Positions 39,510-49,925 of a stretch of 64,000 nucleotides of DNA are shown here, piece after piece. Under the pieces are notes generated by a model, which made no database searches, was not told the DNA's origin, and saw nothing but the letters and a program-made list of their open reading frames with translations. How positions within the stretch are numbered: position 1 is the first letter of the stretch; each line of letters opens with the position of its first letter. This DNA comes from Bdellovibrionales bacterium (GTDB lineage Bacteria; Bdellovibrionota; UBA1018; CAIMNF01): contig JBEIJY010000002.1 in the NCBI GenBank assembly GCA_040380025.1, positions 96,001-160,000 of the forward strand, read 5' to 3'. The position numbers and the translations under genes were made by a program.

Positions 39510-40991
39510 TCAAAGCGTCTTCAGGTATTCGAGCAGATTCAGCCGGTCCTCTTCGGTGAACCGCTCCAGGAATCCGAAAAAGTGCCCGCGGTTGGACTGC
39601 TCCGGCAGCCGCGTATCGCGGATCTGTCGGGGGGATTTTGCAAGCGCCGGATCTTCCCGGGTCAATCCCATCCGCGCGCGGTCATAGCGATGTTCTTCGC
39701 CGGCATCCCGAAGCGAGAAGACAAGAGTCCTGTTTTCGGGCGGAAGGAGCAATTCATACAGCGTCGGGACCGAGCCGTTATGCAGGTACGGAAACCGGGC
39801 CCAGATTCCCCAAAGCTGGGGGGCAAGATAACCCGGTTCGGCCTCTTGCAGGGGAGCAAGCCGGTTCCACTCGGTTTTCTCGACGAGCGCCCTGTATTTT
39901 TGATCGATCGAGAGGGTGCGTGCGGGATCAGTGCCGATTTTTTCGAGCGGCATCCGCTTGGGAGGAAAATACAGAGGCTCTCCCGAAGCCGTTCGTTCAT
40001 GGGCTTGATGGCAACGAATGCAGGTCTGCTCGAAGAGGATTTTTCCGGCCTTGGCTCGGGAGATTTCGATCGGGTAGGGGTAGCGGGGCGGCTCGATGCG
40101 ATTCACGAGCGCGTACATGCGCTTCAGACTCTCCTCGTTTTCGAGAATGTGCGAAGCGCCCGGTCCGCTGACCGCCATCTCGGCGCCCATCATCCAGCCC
40201 AAGCCCCCGATCCAGCCATCCATCGAGCGGCCCTCGCCGTTTGCCGAGAACCCCGTGGCTCGTTTGGCCGCAATTCCCCAAAGGTGCGGCGGCTTCACGA
40301 CTCCGCGAGGGGTGTCGGGAGTCGGAAATGGCATTCTGAGCTCGCGGTACACCCACGACTTGATCATGGCGGTCGAAACAAGACCCTGGCTCAGGTTCGA
40401 GATCGCGGGATCGGACGAGAGTCTTGCGAACTCAAGCGAGTTTTCGTAGGCCGCCTGCGCGTTCCGGCCTACCCCGAGAGATCCCCAGGCCTTCAGGATT
40501 TTCATGGTGTCGGAGCTCATGACAAAGGGATCGATCGTCTTGTTCCCGAGGCCCGCGTAGAAGCGACCCGCGGCTTTTCCGCTGTGGCAGGAGGCGCAGC
40601 CTGCAATGAAGACCTGCCGGTTCTGGAAGCGCGTTTGCAGCATGCCCGCGACGCGCACGCCGGGGGAGGCTCCCTCGCGGGATTCGATCGGAAGCAAAAC
40701 CAAGCCGTATTGGTCCCGAAGCCGCTCGATGGGTTTCAGCCCTTGAAGAACTCGGTTCCGGTGGAGCTGAAACGGCAGTACCGATTCGCCATCGGTGCCG
40801 AAGGTCGAGGGGAAGAGCCACCGGGCCAGATCGAAGGCTTTGGGCATGGCGAAGATCAGCCCGTGCCCGTTTTGATAGTAACTTGCCCGAAGGAATTCCT
40901 CGGTGACCGATTGCGCACGGGCAGAGCCCTGAAAGAACGCAGAAAAAACCAGAATGCGAAACACCCAAGAACGAATCAGCCCCGAACCCAT
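39510..40991 (-). CDS. Exported di-heme c-type cytochrome (RoxA/CcP-MauG-related fold)
   Basis: Two CxxCH motifs (CASCH, CIRCH), IGTDP.R, PYLHNGSVPTL, N.GH.F and LLEYLKTL; start ATG 40991. Confidence 0.8.
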   Translation of the reverse strand: MGSGLIRSWVFRILVFSAFFQGSARAQSVTEEFLRASYYQNGHGLIFAMPKAFDLARWLFPSTFGTDGESVLPFQLHRNRVLQGLKPIERLRDQYGLVLLPIESREGASPGVRVAGMLQTRFQNRQVFIAGCASCHSGKAAGRFYAGLGNKTIDPFVMSSDTMKILKAWGSLGVGRNAQAAYENSLEFARLSSDPAISNLSQGLVSTAMIKSWVYRELRMPFPTPDTPRGVVKPPHLWGIAAKRATGFSANGEGRSMDGWIGGLGWMMGAEMAVSGPGASHILENEESLKRMYALVNRIEPPRYPYPIEISRAKAGKILFEQTCIRCHQAHERTASGEPLYFPPKRMPLEKIGTDPARTLSIDQKYRALVEKTEWNRLAPLQEAEPGYLAPQLWGIWARFPYLHNGSVPTLYELLLPPENRTLVFSLRDAGEEHRYDRARMGLTREDPALAKSPRQIRDTRLPEQSNRGHFFGFLERFTEEDRLNLLEYLKTL

Positions 40992-41103
40992 GGCGTGCAG
41001 TCTAGCGGGGGCTCGGGGGTGGGGCAAGGGAAAGCAAGGAAAGTCTGGTGCTGGTTTTAACCCCTTGCCCGAACCCCCCTGATTCCAGTACCTTGTGGGC
41101 CTT

Positions 41104-43767
41104 ATGACAGGCGCACAAATCCGCAAGATCTTCCTCGATTATTTCAAGAAAAACGGCCACACCGTGGTCGACAGCTCGTCGCTGATCCCCTCGAACGATC
41201 CGACTCTCATGTTCACGACCGCGGGGATGGTCCAGTTCAAGGATGTGTTCCTCGGAAAAGACCCGCGCCCCTACACCCGCGCGACCTCGTCGCAAAAATG
41301 CGTGCGCGCCGGAGGCAAGCACAACGACCTCGAGAACGTGGGCTTCACCGCCCGCCACCATACTTTTTTCGAGATGCTCGGGAATTTTTCGTTTGGCGAC
41401 TACTTCAAGAAGGACGCGATTCATTTTGCCTGGGAGCTCGTGACCAAGGAGCTGAAGCTCCCGAAAGACCGTCTTTATGTGACCGTGTTCGAAACCGACG
41501 ACGAGGCGGCCGAGATCTGGCACAAGCAGGAAGGCGTGCCGCTTGATCGCATTTACCGCTTCGGCGAAAAAGACAACTTCTGGTCGATGGGCGATACCGG
41601 CCCTTGCGGCCCCTGCACCGAGCTCTTCATCGATCGCGGCGAAAAATACGGGTGTGGCAAGCCCACCTGCAAGATGGGCTGTGATTGCGACCGGTACATG
41701 GAGTTCTGGAACCTCGTGTTCATGCAGTACGACCGGGACGCCGAAGGAAAGCTCCATCCGCTCCCGAAGCCCTCGGTTGACACGGGTGCGGGGCTTGAGC
41801 GCCTGGCCTCGATTCTTCAGGATGTCGAGACCAACTACGACACCGACATGTTTGTCGACATCATTCAAAAAATCTCAAAGCTCGCGGGCAAACCCTACAA
41901 CCCGAAAACCAAGGATGAGTCCGTGTTCTCGTTCCGTGTGATCGCGGATCATGCGCGCGCCACGACCTTTTTGATCGGCGACGGCGTGATGCCCTCGAAC
42001 GAGGGTCGGGGTTATGTGCTTCGCCGGATCATGAGGCGGGCCATCCGCCACGGCCGGAAGCTCGGCTTTGACGGTCCGTTTTTGCACCAGTGCTGCGGGT
42101 TTGTGATCGAGCAGATGAAAGAGGCGTTTCCGGATCTGATCGAGAAGCGCGCTTTCATCGAGCGCGCCGTCCAGGCCGAAGAGGAGCAATTCTTCAAGAC
42201 CCTCGATCGCGGTCTGGGGCTTCTGGATGAGGAGCTGAAAAAGCTGGGCGCAAAGAACACGCTTCCGGGCACCGTCGCCTTCACTCTTTATGACACGTTC
42301 GGATTCCCCCTCGATCTGACCCGCACCATTTGTGAGGAACGCAAGATCGCGGTCGATGAAAAAGGCTTTGAGGCCGCGATGGAAAAACAGCGCGAGGAAT
42401 CGCGCAAGCACTGGAAGGGTACCGGCGATCAGGAGCTCTCGGCCGAGTGGTTCACTCTCGCTGACACGCTCAAAAAGCAAGGCAAGCTCCCCGAGTTCAC
42501 GGGCTACGAGCATCTCGAAACCGAAGGCGAGACCCTGGCCGTGATTCCATCGCAGGCCGAAGACGGTTCGATTCTGACTCTCGCGGTCTTTTCGAAAACC
42601 CCGTTCTATGGCGAGTCGGGGGGCCAGACCGGCGACCGGGGGCGCGTCTCATGCGCAAGCTTCGAGGGCGAGGTGGTGGATGTCCAGAAGCCCGTGCCCG
42701 AATTGATCGTCGCCCACATCAAGCCCAAGCGCGGGATTTTGAAGGTCGGAGATCGTGTCACCCAGACCGTGTCGGACGAAACGCGTGCGCTCACCGCGCG
42801 GAATCACACCGCAACCCACATGCTGCAATGGGCGCTTCGAAAAGTGCTCGGGAATCACGTCAAACAGGCAGGATCGCTCGTCACGCCTGAACTTCTGCGC
42901 TTTGATTTTTCACACTTCCAGGCCATGACTCCGGCCGAGATCCAGCTTGTGGAGGATCTCGTGAATGGCAAGATTTGGTCCGGGGATTCGGTCGAAAAGC
43001 GGGTCATGAATAAGGATCAGGCGGTGGCGGCCGGTGCGATCGCGTTTTTTGGCGAGAAATACGGCGACGAGGTCCGCGTCGTGCGCGTCGGCGATTACTC
43101 GACCGAGCTTTGCGGCGGAACGCACGTGAATGCAAGCTCGGACATTCATCTGTTCAAGATCGCAAGCGAGTCCGGGATTGCGGCGGGTGTGCGCCGGATC
43201 ATCGCCTATACCTCGAAGGGTGCCTTCCAATACTTGCGGGATCAGGACCTGCGCCTGAAGTCGCTTCGCGACCAGGTGAAGGCCTCGTCAGTCGACGAGA
43301 TCGGCAACAAGATCGAGCGGCTTTTTGAAGAACAACGTGAGTTGAAGAAGCACATCGAGAAGCTCGAGGGAGCACAACAAGGAGCGGAGATCGAAGAGCT
43401 TCTTTCCAAAGCCGAGATGGTCTCGGGGGTCAAAGTGATTTCGGGCGTCGTGGCGAAGTCGGGCGATGGAATGAAAAAGCTTCGCGAGATGGCCGACAAG
43501 CTCAAGCAAAAGGAGCCTGCTTCGGTGTCGGTACTCGGCATTTTTGAGCCGGGCGAAACCGCCGAGAAGCCCTTCCTCGTGGTTGCGGTGGGAGCAAAGG
43601 TCGCAGGTGTGAACGCGGGCGAGATCATCAAGGGATCCGCGGCTGAATTTGGCGGCAAGGGCGGGGGAAAACCCGATTTTGCGCAAGCCGGAGGCGCACG
43701 CGCTTCGGATCTGCCCGTTGCCGTCCAAGTTGCGAAAAAGCTCGTCTGCGACAGGCTGGGCAAGTGA
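41104..43767 (+). CDS. alaS: Alanine--tRNA ligase
   Basis: AGMVQFK, HHTFFEMLGNFSFGDYFK, HTATH, ELCGGTH and GGKGGG motifs. Confidence 0.97.
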   Translation: MTGAQIRKIFLDYFKKNGHTVVDSSSLIPSNDPTLMFTTAGMVQFKDVFLGKDPRPYTRATSSQKCVRAGGKHNDLENVGFTARHHTFFEMLGNFSFGDYFKKDAIHFAWELVTKELKLPKDRLYVTVFETDDEAAEIWHKQEGVPLDRIYRFGEKDNFWSMGDTGPCGPCTELFIDRGEKYGCGKPTCKMGCDCDRYMEFWNLVFMQYDRDAEGKLHPLPKPSVDTGAGLERLASILQDVETNYDTDMFVDIIQKISKLAGKPYNPKTKDESVFSFRVIADHARATTFLIGDGVMPSNEGRGYVLRRIMRRAIRHGRKLGFDGPFLHQCCGFVIEQMKEAFPDLIEKRAFIERAVQAEEEQFFKTLDRGLGLLDEELKKLGAKNTLPGTVAFTLYDTFGFPLDLTRTICEERKIAVDEKGFEAAMEKQREESRKHWKGTGDQELSAEWFTLADTLKKQGKLPEFTGYEHLETEGETLAVIPSQAEDGSILTLAVFSKTPFYGESGGQTGDRGRVSCASFEGEVVDVQKPVPELIVAHIKPKRGILKVGDRVTQTVSDETRALTARNHTATHMLQWALRKVLGNHVKQAGSLVTPELLRFDFSHFQAMTPAEIQLVEDLVNGKIWSGDSVEKRVMNKDQAVAAGAIAFFGEKYGDEVRVVRVGDYSTELCGGTHVNASSDIHLFKIASESGIAAGVRRIIAYTSKGAFQYLRDQDLRLKSLRDQVKASSVDEIGNKIERLFEEQRELKKHIEKLEGAQQGAEIEELLSKAEMVSGVKVISGVVAKSGDGMKKLREMADKLKQKEPASVSVLGIFEPGETAEKPFLVVAVGAKVAGVNAGEIIKGSAAEFGGKGGGKPDFAQAGGARASDLPVAVQVAKKLVCDRLGK

Positions 43768-45017
43768 AATCGGGCTCGGGCCAGAATCAACAAGCCGCCG
43801 GAACGGCCGGATGGTCGTGGTGCTTCCGGGATCTTCCGAGTCCGAAGGTTCTGGTGGTCATCCTTTTGTCTCTCGTGTTGAGAGTCCTGATCACTCCCCA
43901 TCTGAATTTCAAGTCGGATGAAAGGGCCATTTACGAAATCGGTCGTTCTTTTTACCTGACGGGCGAGATTCCCGCCGAGGGTCCGAAGATCGTCTATACC
44001 GGCGAGTCGATTCCCGGGGGGTTTCAAGGGTTCATGGCGGGGCTCCCGTTGTTTTTTTCGAAGGGGGAGCCGATCGGTCTTCAGATCTGGGTCGGGATTC
44101 TCAACTGGATTGCGATGATCGTCCTGTATGCGTGGCTGACGAAGAAAAAAGAACCGGGCCATGAGATCGTGCTGGCGTTTTTGGTGCTCTGCGCTCCCTG
44201 GTCGCTCCTGTTCGAGCAAGCATGGAATCCAAGCTTTCTTCCTCCGTTTTCGGTGCTTTTTTTCATCCTCTTGAAAAAAACCCTGGATCGCCGGGATGAT
44301 CTCGGGCGCGGCGCCGCGTTTTGCATGGGGCTTTGTTTCCAGCTCTGTTTGCAGCTCAATCTCTCTGCGGTATTGCTCGGGCTCTGCCTCGGAGTGTGTT
44401 TTTTGCTGGTTCGTCAGCGAGTTCGGTTTCTTGCGTGGGTCGTGTCGGGATGGGCGGCCGGAGGGATTTTTTTGATTCCCTGGATCCTGAAGCGTTTCGG
44501 GAATCAGGCGTCCGCTCCGATGGGAGTGATCGGACTTTACCCCGAGAATTCAGCCAGAACCATTCTTGCCATCCTACGGTATTTCACTTTTCCCACCAGC
44601 GAGATCTTTCCCTTTCTATCGCCCGCGGGGCAGGGGTTTCCGGGAATGCTCATGCGGATGAGCGGTTATCCCTTGCTCTGGATCCCCGCCCTGATCGCAT
44701 TTTCGGGGAGCATTTATCTGGCAGGTTTGTCGATGAGAAGATGGGCCCGGTTGGGGTTGGCATATCTGAGGGGTGGGAGTCTTCCGGGGGGGTTCGAGAT
44801 CATTGAGTTCTGGATTCCACTTTCCCTGCCGGTTTTATTTCTATTTTCGATCAAAAGTCCCTCGGATCACACGATCTGGGTTCTGATGCCTTTGTCGTTT
44901 CATACTTGTTTCATGGCACTGAAAGAAAAGGTCCTGCGGCCGACTCTTCCGGTGTGCGCCTATTTGGCTTCCTCCCTTCTTTTGGCTGTTGCCGCCCCGT
45001 TTCTGTCGGATCCTTGA
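43764..45017 (+). CDS. Polytopic membrane protein, GT-C (ArnT/PMT)-like
   Basis: First TM helix followed by a DE motif (FKSDE..Y), WNPS and about 10 TM helices. Confidence 0.55.
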   Translation: MKSGSGQNQQAAGTAGWSWCFRDLPSPKVLVVILLSLVLRVLITPHLNFKSDERAIYEIGRSFYLTGEIPAEGPKIVYTGESIPGGFQGFMAGLPLFFSKGEPIGLQIWVGILNWIAMIVLYAWLTKKKEPGHEIVLAFLVLCAPWSLLFEQAWNPSFLPPFSVLFFILLKKTLDRRDDLGRGAAFCMGLCFQLCLQLNLSAVLLGLCLGVCFLLVRQRVRFLAWVVSGWAAGGIFLIPWILKRFGNQASAPMGVIGLYPENSARTILAILRYFTFPTSEIFPFLSPAGQGFPGMLMRMSGYPLLWIPALIAFSGSIYLAGLSMRRWARLGLAYLRGGSLPGGFEIIEFWIPLSLPVLFLFSIKSPSDHTIWVLMPLSFHTCFMALKEKVLRPTLPVCAYLASSLLLAVAAPFLSDP

Positions 45018-45127
45018 CGCTAAGCCCCAGCCTTCAAGGGAGATTCCGTTTTCTGCTCAAGATGTGTCGGGGGTGACCCGAAAAGGAGAGAAGGAAGGGA
45101 AAGTTTCCTTTTCATGGAGAAAGAGAC

Positions 45128-45538
45128 ATGGGGCGGTTGAGCAGACAAATGATCTTGGCGTTCCTGGTGTGGGCGGGGATGAGCGGATTCGGTCCCGGGG
45201 CCCGCGCCACGGAATTCAGTGTGTATGAAGTCTTTCGGGCGATTGATCTCGGAGAAAACGACCGGCCTCCGCCCAAGGAGTTTTTTGTGAACATCGGCGC
45301 CATTCAGGGAGTCCGAAAGGGCAGCGTCCTGGACGTGTACCGGAAGATCTCGAGCTTTGACAACCTTGCCGAAAAGCACGGCGGAGAACACATGGTTCCG
45401 GTGGGCAGAATCAAGGTCATTCATGCCGACGAGCGCACCGCCATCGCCCGCATGGACCGCTTTGTCTCCTTGGAGCAGGAGCCTGCGCTCCTGCCCCAGT
45501 CCGTCATGATCGGAGACCTGGTCCGGCTCGCGAACTGA
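45128..45538 (+). CDS. Secreted hypothetical protein (FlgT C-terminal-like beta domain)
   Basis: Signal peptide; VNIG..QGV..GSVLDVYR and VGRIKV patterns; weak sigma28-like TCAA-N16-CCCGAAAA at 45057-45084. Confidence 0.55.
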   Translation: MGRLSRQMILAFLVWAGMSGFGPGARATEFSVYEVFRAIDLGENDRPPPKEFFVNIGAIQGVRKGSVLDVYRKISSFDNLAEKHGGEHMVPVGRIKVIHADERTAIARMDRFVSLEQEPALLPQSVMIGDLVRLAN

Positions 45539-45931
45539 TCAGCTCGATACCTCTTCGTCTTCGGAAGCATCTTCGACGGAATCCGCCTCCTCTGCGGGTT
45601 TCGGTTTCGTCCGTGCATGAAGAAAGTTCACCCGATCCGCATGGATCTCGTGCAGGTAGTGGACCTCGCCCTCATCGTCCTGATATTTGCGCACGCGGAT
45701 TCCCCCCTCAAGGAACACGGGCATTCCCTTTTTCAGCTCTGCGCTGGCAAGTTCCGCCGACTTTCCCCAGAGGACGACCCGGTGCCACGTGGTCTCGGCC
45801 TCGTTTTTCGATTTCTGCCATGATTCCGTGGCGAGGCTGAACTGGCTCACGGAAAGGCCGGTTTTGGTTTGGCGGAGCACGGGGTCTGCGCCGAGTCTTC
45901 CGAGCAAAAGCACGCGATTGATGTCTCTCAT
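45539..45931 (-). CDS. ssb: Single-stranded DNA-binding protein (short paralog)
   Basis: INRVLLLGRLGADP, FSLAT, TTWHRVVLWGK and KGMPVFLEG; no PF C-terminus. Confidence 0.88.
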   Translation of the reverse strand: MRDINRVLLLGRLGADPVLRQTKTGLSVSQFSLATESWQKSKNEAETTWHRVVLWGKSAELASAELKKGMPVFLEGGIRVRKYQDDEGEVHYLHEIHADRVNFLHARTKPKPAEEADSVEDASEDEEVSS

Positions 45932-45992
45932 CTTGGAGTTTCCTTTCGATTTGGGGTTGTGTTCCACCACCGGGGTTGCGATTCTTGTGCCA

Positions 45993-47162
45993 ATGGAGCC
46001 TGCGTTGAAAAAAGGATTCGGTCTCGGAGGGCGCATCGATCGGGCGCTCGCCCTTTGCACGAGTCCGTCCTTTCCGCAGGGTACCGATGAGTACTGGATG
46101 GAGCAGGCGTTGATCGAGTCCATGAATTCCATCGGGATTTCGAGCCCGAATCCTGCGGTGGGATGCCTTTTGGTGGTGGGCGAATCGGTCGTCGGCCGCG
46201 GACACACCCAGGCGTACCGAAAGGAGCACGCCGAGAGGATGGCGTTTTTAAACCGCGATCCCGCCGCGGATTTGAGCCGGGCAACGGCCTATGTGACCTT
46301 GGAGCCTTGTTCGCATCATGGCCATCAGCCTCCGTGTGTTGAGCTTTTGCTGGCCTCACCGATTCCGAGAATCGTGATTGCAGTCCGGGATCCCGACCCT
46401 CGCGTGAATGGCGAGGGGATCCGACGGCTCCGGGATGCGAAAAAAGAGGTGGTGCTCTCGGTTCTTGAGCCGGAGTGTCGTGCGTGGAACCTTCCTTTTT
46501 TTCGAAACCGGGAGACAGGGCGTCTTTTTTGGGCTGCCAAGTGGGCTGAGACCCCGTCCGGACACCTTGCCGATGCGTCAGGGCATTCCAAATGGATCAC
46601 CGCAGAAAAATCGAGGGCCTACACGCACTGGCTTCGGCAGAAGTATGATGCAATCGTGGTAGGAGCCCGGACCTTTCTTGAGGACCGACCTCGGCTTACT
46701 GTCCGGGACTGTGCTCTCCCGCATCAGCGACACCCCGTTCGATGGGTGTTTGATCCGAAAGGTCTGCTTTTGAGTCTGCCCGCCGATGCGATTTCGGGGT
46801 TTACGGTTTTCACGTCGGATTCGGTTCTGCGATCTGCGGGAGCCTCGGGGCGCGGAAACTTCATTTCGATTCCGGAGCCTCCAGGGTCTCCGGATCTCGT
46901 TCGCTCCTGGATCCAGACCGTGGAGTCCTTGCGCTTTGATCCCCCTGTTCAGAGCATCATGGTGGAGGGCGGAGCGGCCCTTCTTCGATCGCTCTTTCGA
47001 GAAGGGGTGTTTCAGGCCGTACACCGCTTTGTCGGAGAAAAGGATTTTTTAACTCATAATGCATCGCAGCATCTGGGGTGGTCGCCCGATCAGAAGTGGA
47101 TTCTTCAATCGATTCAGGAATTTGATCGGGATCTCTTGCGCGAATGGATAAAAAAAGATTAA
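45993..47162 (+). CDS. ribD: Riboflavin biosynthesis deaminase/reductase
   Basis: SPNPAVG, HAE, TLEPCSH..PPC, SKWIT and MVEGG motifs. Confidence 0.92.
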   Translation: MEPALKKGFGLGGRIDRALALCTSPSFPQGTDEYWMEQALIESMNSIGISSPNPAVGCLLVVGESVVGRGHTQAYRKEHAERMAFLNRDPAADLSRATAYVTLEPCSHHGHQPPCVELLLASPIPRIVIAVRDPDPRVNGEGIRRLRDAKKEVVLSVLEPECRAWNLPFFRNRETGRLFWAAKWAETPSGHLADASGHSKWITAEKSRAYTHWLRQKYDAIVVGARTFLEDRPRLTVRDCALPHQRHPVRWVFDPKGLLLSLPADAISGFTVFTSDSVLRSAGASGRGNFISIPEPPGSPDLVRSWIQTVESLRFDPPVQSIMVEGGAALLRSLFREGVFQAVHRFVGEKDFLTHNASQHLGWSPDQKWILQSIQEFDRDLLREWIKKD

Positions 47163-47196
47163 ATCGCTGAAATCATTTTCAAGGAGATCTCGATCT

Positions 47197-47676
47197 ATGA
47201 TGAAAAAATGGGCAGTCCTGCTTTTGGTTGCGACAATTGCATCTTCGGCTTGTTCGAAGAAAACCGTGCAAGAAGAATCCCAGCTTCCTACTGCTGCAAA
47301 TGCAGATGAGACCGTAGGAGATTCCGACAGTGGAAAAGCTTTCGGGCTTCAAAGCGTGAATTTTTCTTACGATGCCTACACCTTGACGGAGCAAGCGAAG
47401 GGGATTTTGAAATCCAATGCTGCGATTTTGAAGGATAAATCCTCGCTCAAGATTCAGGTGGAAGGCCACTGCGATCAGCGCGGCGGAAGAGAGTACAATA
47501 TTGCCCTTGGCGAAAAACGCGCCAATTCGGTGAAAAAATTCCTGGTCAGCCAGGGAGTCGCGGCCGATCGCATCGCGGTGATCAGCTTCGGAAAAGAAAA
47601 GCCGGCTGATCCTTCCGAATCCGAGGAAGCATACGCTCGGAACCGTCGTGCGAACTTTGCCATCACATCCCGGTAA
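47197..47676 (+). CDS. pal: Peptidoglycan-associated lipoprotein (OmpA-like)
   Basis: Lipobox SSAC; EGHCDQRG..EYNIALGEKRA, SFGKEKP and NRR motifs. Confidence 0.9.
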   Translation: MMKKWAVLLLVATIASSACSKKTVQEESQLPTAANADETVGDSDSGKAFGLQSVNFSYDAYTLTEQAKGILKSNAAILKDKSSLKIQVEGHCDQRGGREYNIALGEKRANSVKKFLVSQGVAADRIAVISFGKEKPADPSESEEAYARNRRANFAITSR

Positions 47677-48105
47677 ATGATCCCGAATCGATCTTTGAGG
47701 GGGCTGCTTGCGGCAGCCTCCCTGTTTTTTCTCGGTTGCTCGATCACGGCAGTGCGTCCCTCCCAGGAGATGTCCGACATGGAGGTGAGCATCAAGGCCG
47801 CCATGGAGGTGAGTGCCGACACCCTTGCGCCGGAGCTCTTCCGGCTTTCGAACGAGGCAGCTCTTCTGGCCCGAAAAGAATACCGGGTCAAGAACTTCGA
47901 GGCGGCCAAGAGGCATGCCGACCAAGCAAGACGATACGCGGAACGGGCGGAATTCGAGGCGATCCGGAACGGAGCCCATCGGGAGTCCAAGCCGGTTGAT
48001 CCTTTGTCGGAGCCGTCTTATGCGCCCGAACCCATTGCGACTCCTCCGCCGGTGTACCAGGATGCCCCTGCGGACGCCAAAAAGCCGAAGACCCCCGGCC
48101 TTTGA
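47677..48105 (+). CDS. DUF4398-like lipoprotein
   Basis: Lipobox LGC; helical A-rich domain with APE motif. Confidence 0.65.
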   Translation: MIPNRSLRGLLAAASLFFLGCSITAVRPSQEMSDMEVSIKAAMEVSADTLAPELFRLSNEAALLARKEYRVKNFEAAKRHADQARRYAERAEFEAIRNGAHRESKPVDPLSEPSYAPEPIATPPPVYQDAPADAKKPKTPGL

Positions 48106-48147
48106 TTCCCGGTTTAAAATTGCCTGAAAAAATGCGAAGATCGGCTC

Positions 48148-48864
48148 ATGAAATCCTTCATCCCCGCCGGATTCTTCTTGTTGGTTCCGCTCCTGCTCGC
48201 AGGCTGTGTGACCACGCGTGCTGAGTTGAACCGGCAACGCGAAGAGGCGGGAGTCGCGGCACCAGAAAAACTCGAATCTTCGGAATCGGCACAAGCCCCT
48301 TCTGATCCGCCTCCGTCCATGACCGAAGACGAGCTTCGGGAGGCGCTCGCCAAGGCCCAGGGCAGGGTCGAGGAACTCCAGCATGAGCAGGAGCAAAAAG
48401 ATCAAACCCATGCGGAAGAGCTTCAAAAGGCCGAGGCTCGCATTGCCGAACTCGAAAAGCGCCTGAAGGAGCTCTCACCGGATGAGCCCGAGGTCCCCGA
48501 GGGAAAATCCCCGATGGAAGCGGGAAAGGATGCCTTCGCGGACGGAGATTGGGACGGGGCGATCGGTTTTTTCAGCAAGGTGCTGGACTCCAACGGCAAG
48601 GGTAAGGCGTTCGAAGAGGCGACCTACCTTCGGGGCGAGAGCTATTTCAAAAAGCGGGAATTCGCAAAGGCGGTTCTGGATTACTCGAAGTTTCCCGAGA
48701 GTCTCCACAAGTCTTCCTACCACCCGAAGGCGCTCCTTCGGATCGCCGAGAGCTTCGAGGCGATGGGGCGCAAGGACGAGGCACGGATGTTCTACGAGGA
48801 TCTGGTCGGGAAATTCGCAAAGACGGCCGAGGGCCGGATTGCGCGAAAGAAACTGAAAAAATGA
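48148..48864 (+). CDS. TPR lipoprotein, CpoB/YbgF-like
   Basis: Lipobox LAGC, coiled coil, TPRs (YLRGESYF, ALLRIA); in the pal operon. Confidence 0.75.
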   Translation: MKSFIPAGFFLLVPLLLAGCVTTRAELNRQREEAGVAAPEKLESSESAQAPSDPPPSMTEDELREALAKAQGRVEELQHEQEQKDQTHAEELQKAEARIAELEKRLKELSPDEPEVPEGKSPMEAGKDAFADGDWDGAIGFFSKVLDSNGKGKAFEEATYLRGESYFKKREFAKAVLDYSKFPESLHKSSYHPKALLRIAESFEAMGRKDEARMFYEDLVGKFAKTAEGRIARKKLKK

Positions 48865-49922
48865 GTTTGATTCTCGGAATTGAAACCTCCTGCGACGAGT
48901 GCAGCGCGTCCGTGCTCCATCACGAAGGACCGGTCTTCCGTCCTCTTTCGGTAAGCACGTTTTCGCAAATTGAACTTCATCAGCCCTTTGGCGGAGTGGT
49001 TCCCGAGGTCGCATCCCGGAATCATCTCGAGCAGATTGATCCCGTGATCCGCGATGCGCTTGTCCGCGCCAAGATCGGAATCGAGGATGTCGATGCGATC
49101 GCGGTCACAAACCGGCCTGGACTGATCGGCGCCCTGCTGGTGGGCGTGACGGCGGCCAAGGCGCTCGCCTATGCCGCAAACAAGCCCTTGATTCCTGTTC
49201 ATCATCTTGAAGGACACCTGATGAGCGCTTTTTTGAGCGGTCCCGAATCGGGAGCTTCGCAGATCCGCTTTCCTGCCGTGTTTCTCATGGTTTCAGGCGG
49301 GCACACGAATCTTCATTTCATCCCTGCGCCGCCGCTCGAGTGGCCGCAAGATCTTCTCTCGAGCTCCCTCATGGGGCGCTCGCTTGATGATGCCGCAGGC
49401 GAGGCCTTCGACAAAACGGCGAAGGTACTCGGGTTTCCCTACCCAGGCGGAAAATGGATCGACGAAGAGGCGAAAAAAGGGGGAAATCCAGCCGCGTTTG
49501 ATCTCCCTCGCGGGCTGAAACAGAGGGATTCCCTCGATTTCTCGTTCAGCGGCGTGAAGACGGCGCTTTCTTTGCTGGCGCACCGGCTTCAAATGGAGGG
49601 ACGTCTGGAGGACGCGCTCCCGGATGTGTGCGCGAGCGTTCAAGAGGCGGTGATCGATCCGCTGGTCACCAAAACCCTTCAGCTCCAAAGATTGAAGAAT
49701 GCGGCCTCGATCGTCGTCGTCGGCGGTGTCGCCGCGAACTCGCGCCTGCGCGCGCGCTTCGATGCCGACTCGAAGGTGCCCGTGATTTATCCCGATTTGA
49801 AGTACTGCACCGACAATGCGGCCATGATCGCCGCCGCGGGCGCCATGCGCTTTGCGCAGGGACGGTTTTTGGAAGTGCGGGATTTTTTGAAGCTGAACGC
49901 GTTTGCGATCGCGGAGGATTGA
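48861..49922 (+). CDS. tsaD: tRNA N6-adenosine threonylcarbamoyltransferase
   Basis: GIETSCDE, GGVVPEVASR.H, HHLEGH, DDAAGEAFDK and TDNAAMI motifs. Confidence 0.96.
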   Translation: MSLILGIETSCDECSASVLHHEGPVFRPLSVSTFSQIELHQPFGGVVPEVASRNHLEQIDPVIRDALVRAKIGIEDVDAIAVTNRPGLIGALLVGVTAAKALAYAANKPLIPVHHLEGHLMSAFLSGPESGASQIRFPAVFLMVSGGHTNLHFIPAPPLEWPQDLLSSSLMGRSLDDAAGEAFDKTAKVLGFPYPGGKWIDEEAKKGGNPAAFDLPRGLKQRDSLDFSFSGVKTALSLLAHRLQMEGRLEDALPDVCASVQEAVIDPLVTKTLQLQRLKNAASIVVVGGVAANSRLRARFDADSKVPVIYPDLKYCTDNAAMIAAAGAMRFAQGRFLEVRDFLKLNAFAIAED

Positions 49923-49925
49923 GCG

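Noticed and set aside
43764..45017. Ala-tRNA-dependent lipid modification system (membrane gene overlapping alaS)
   Set aside because: No MprF/DUF2156-like transferase domain was recognised, and adjacency alone is insufficient.
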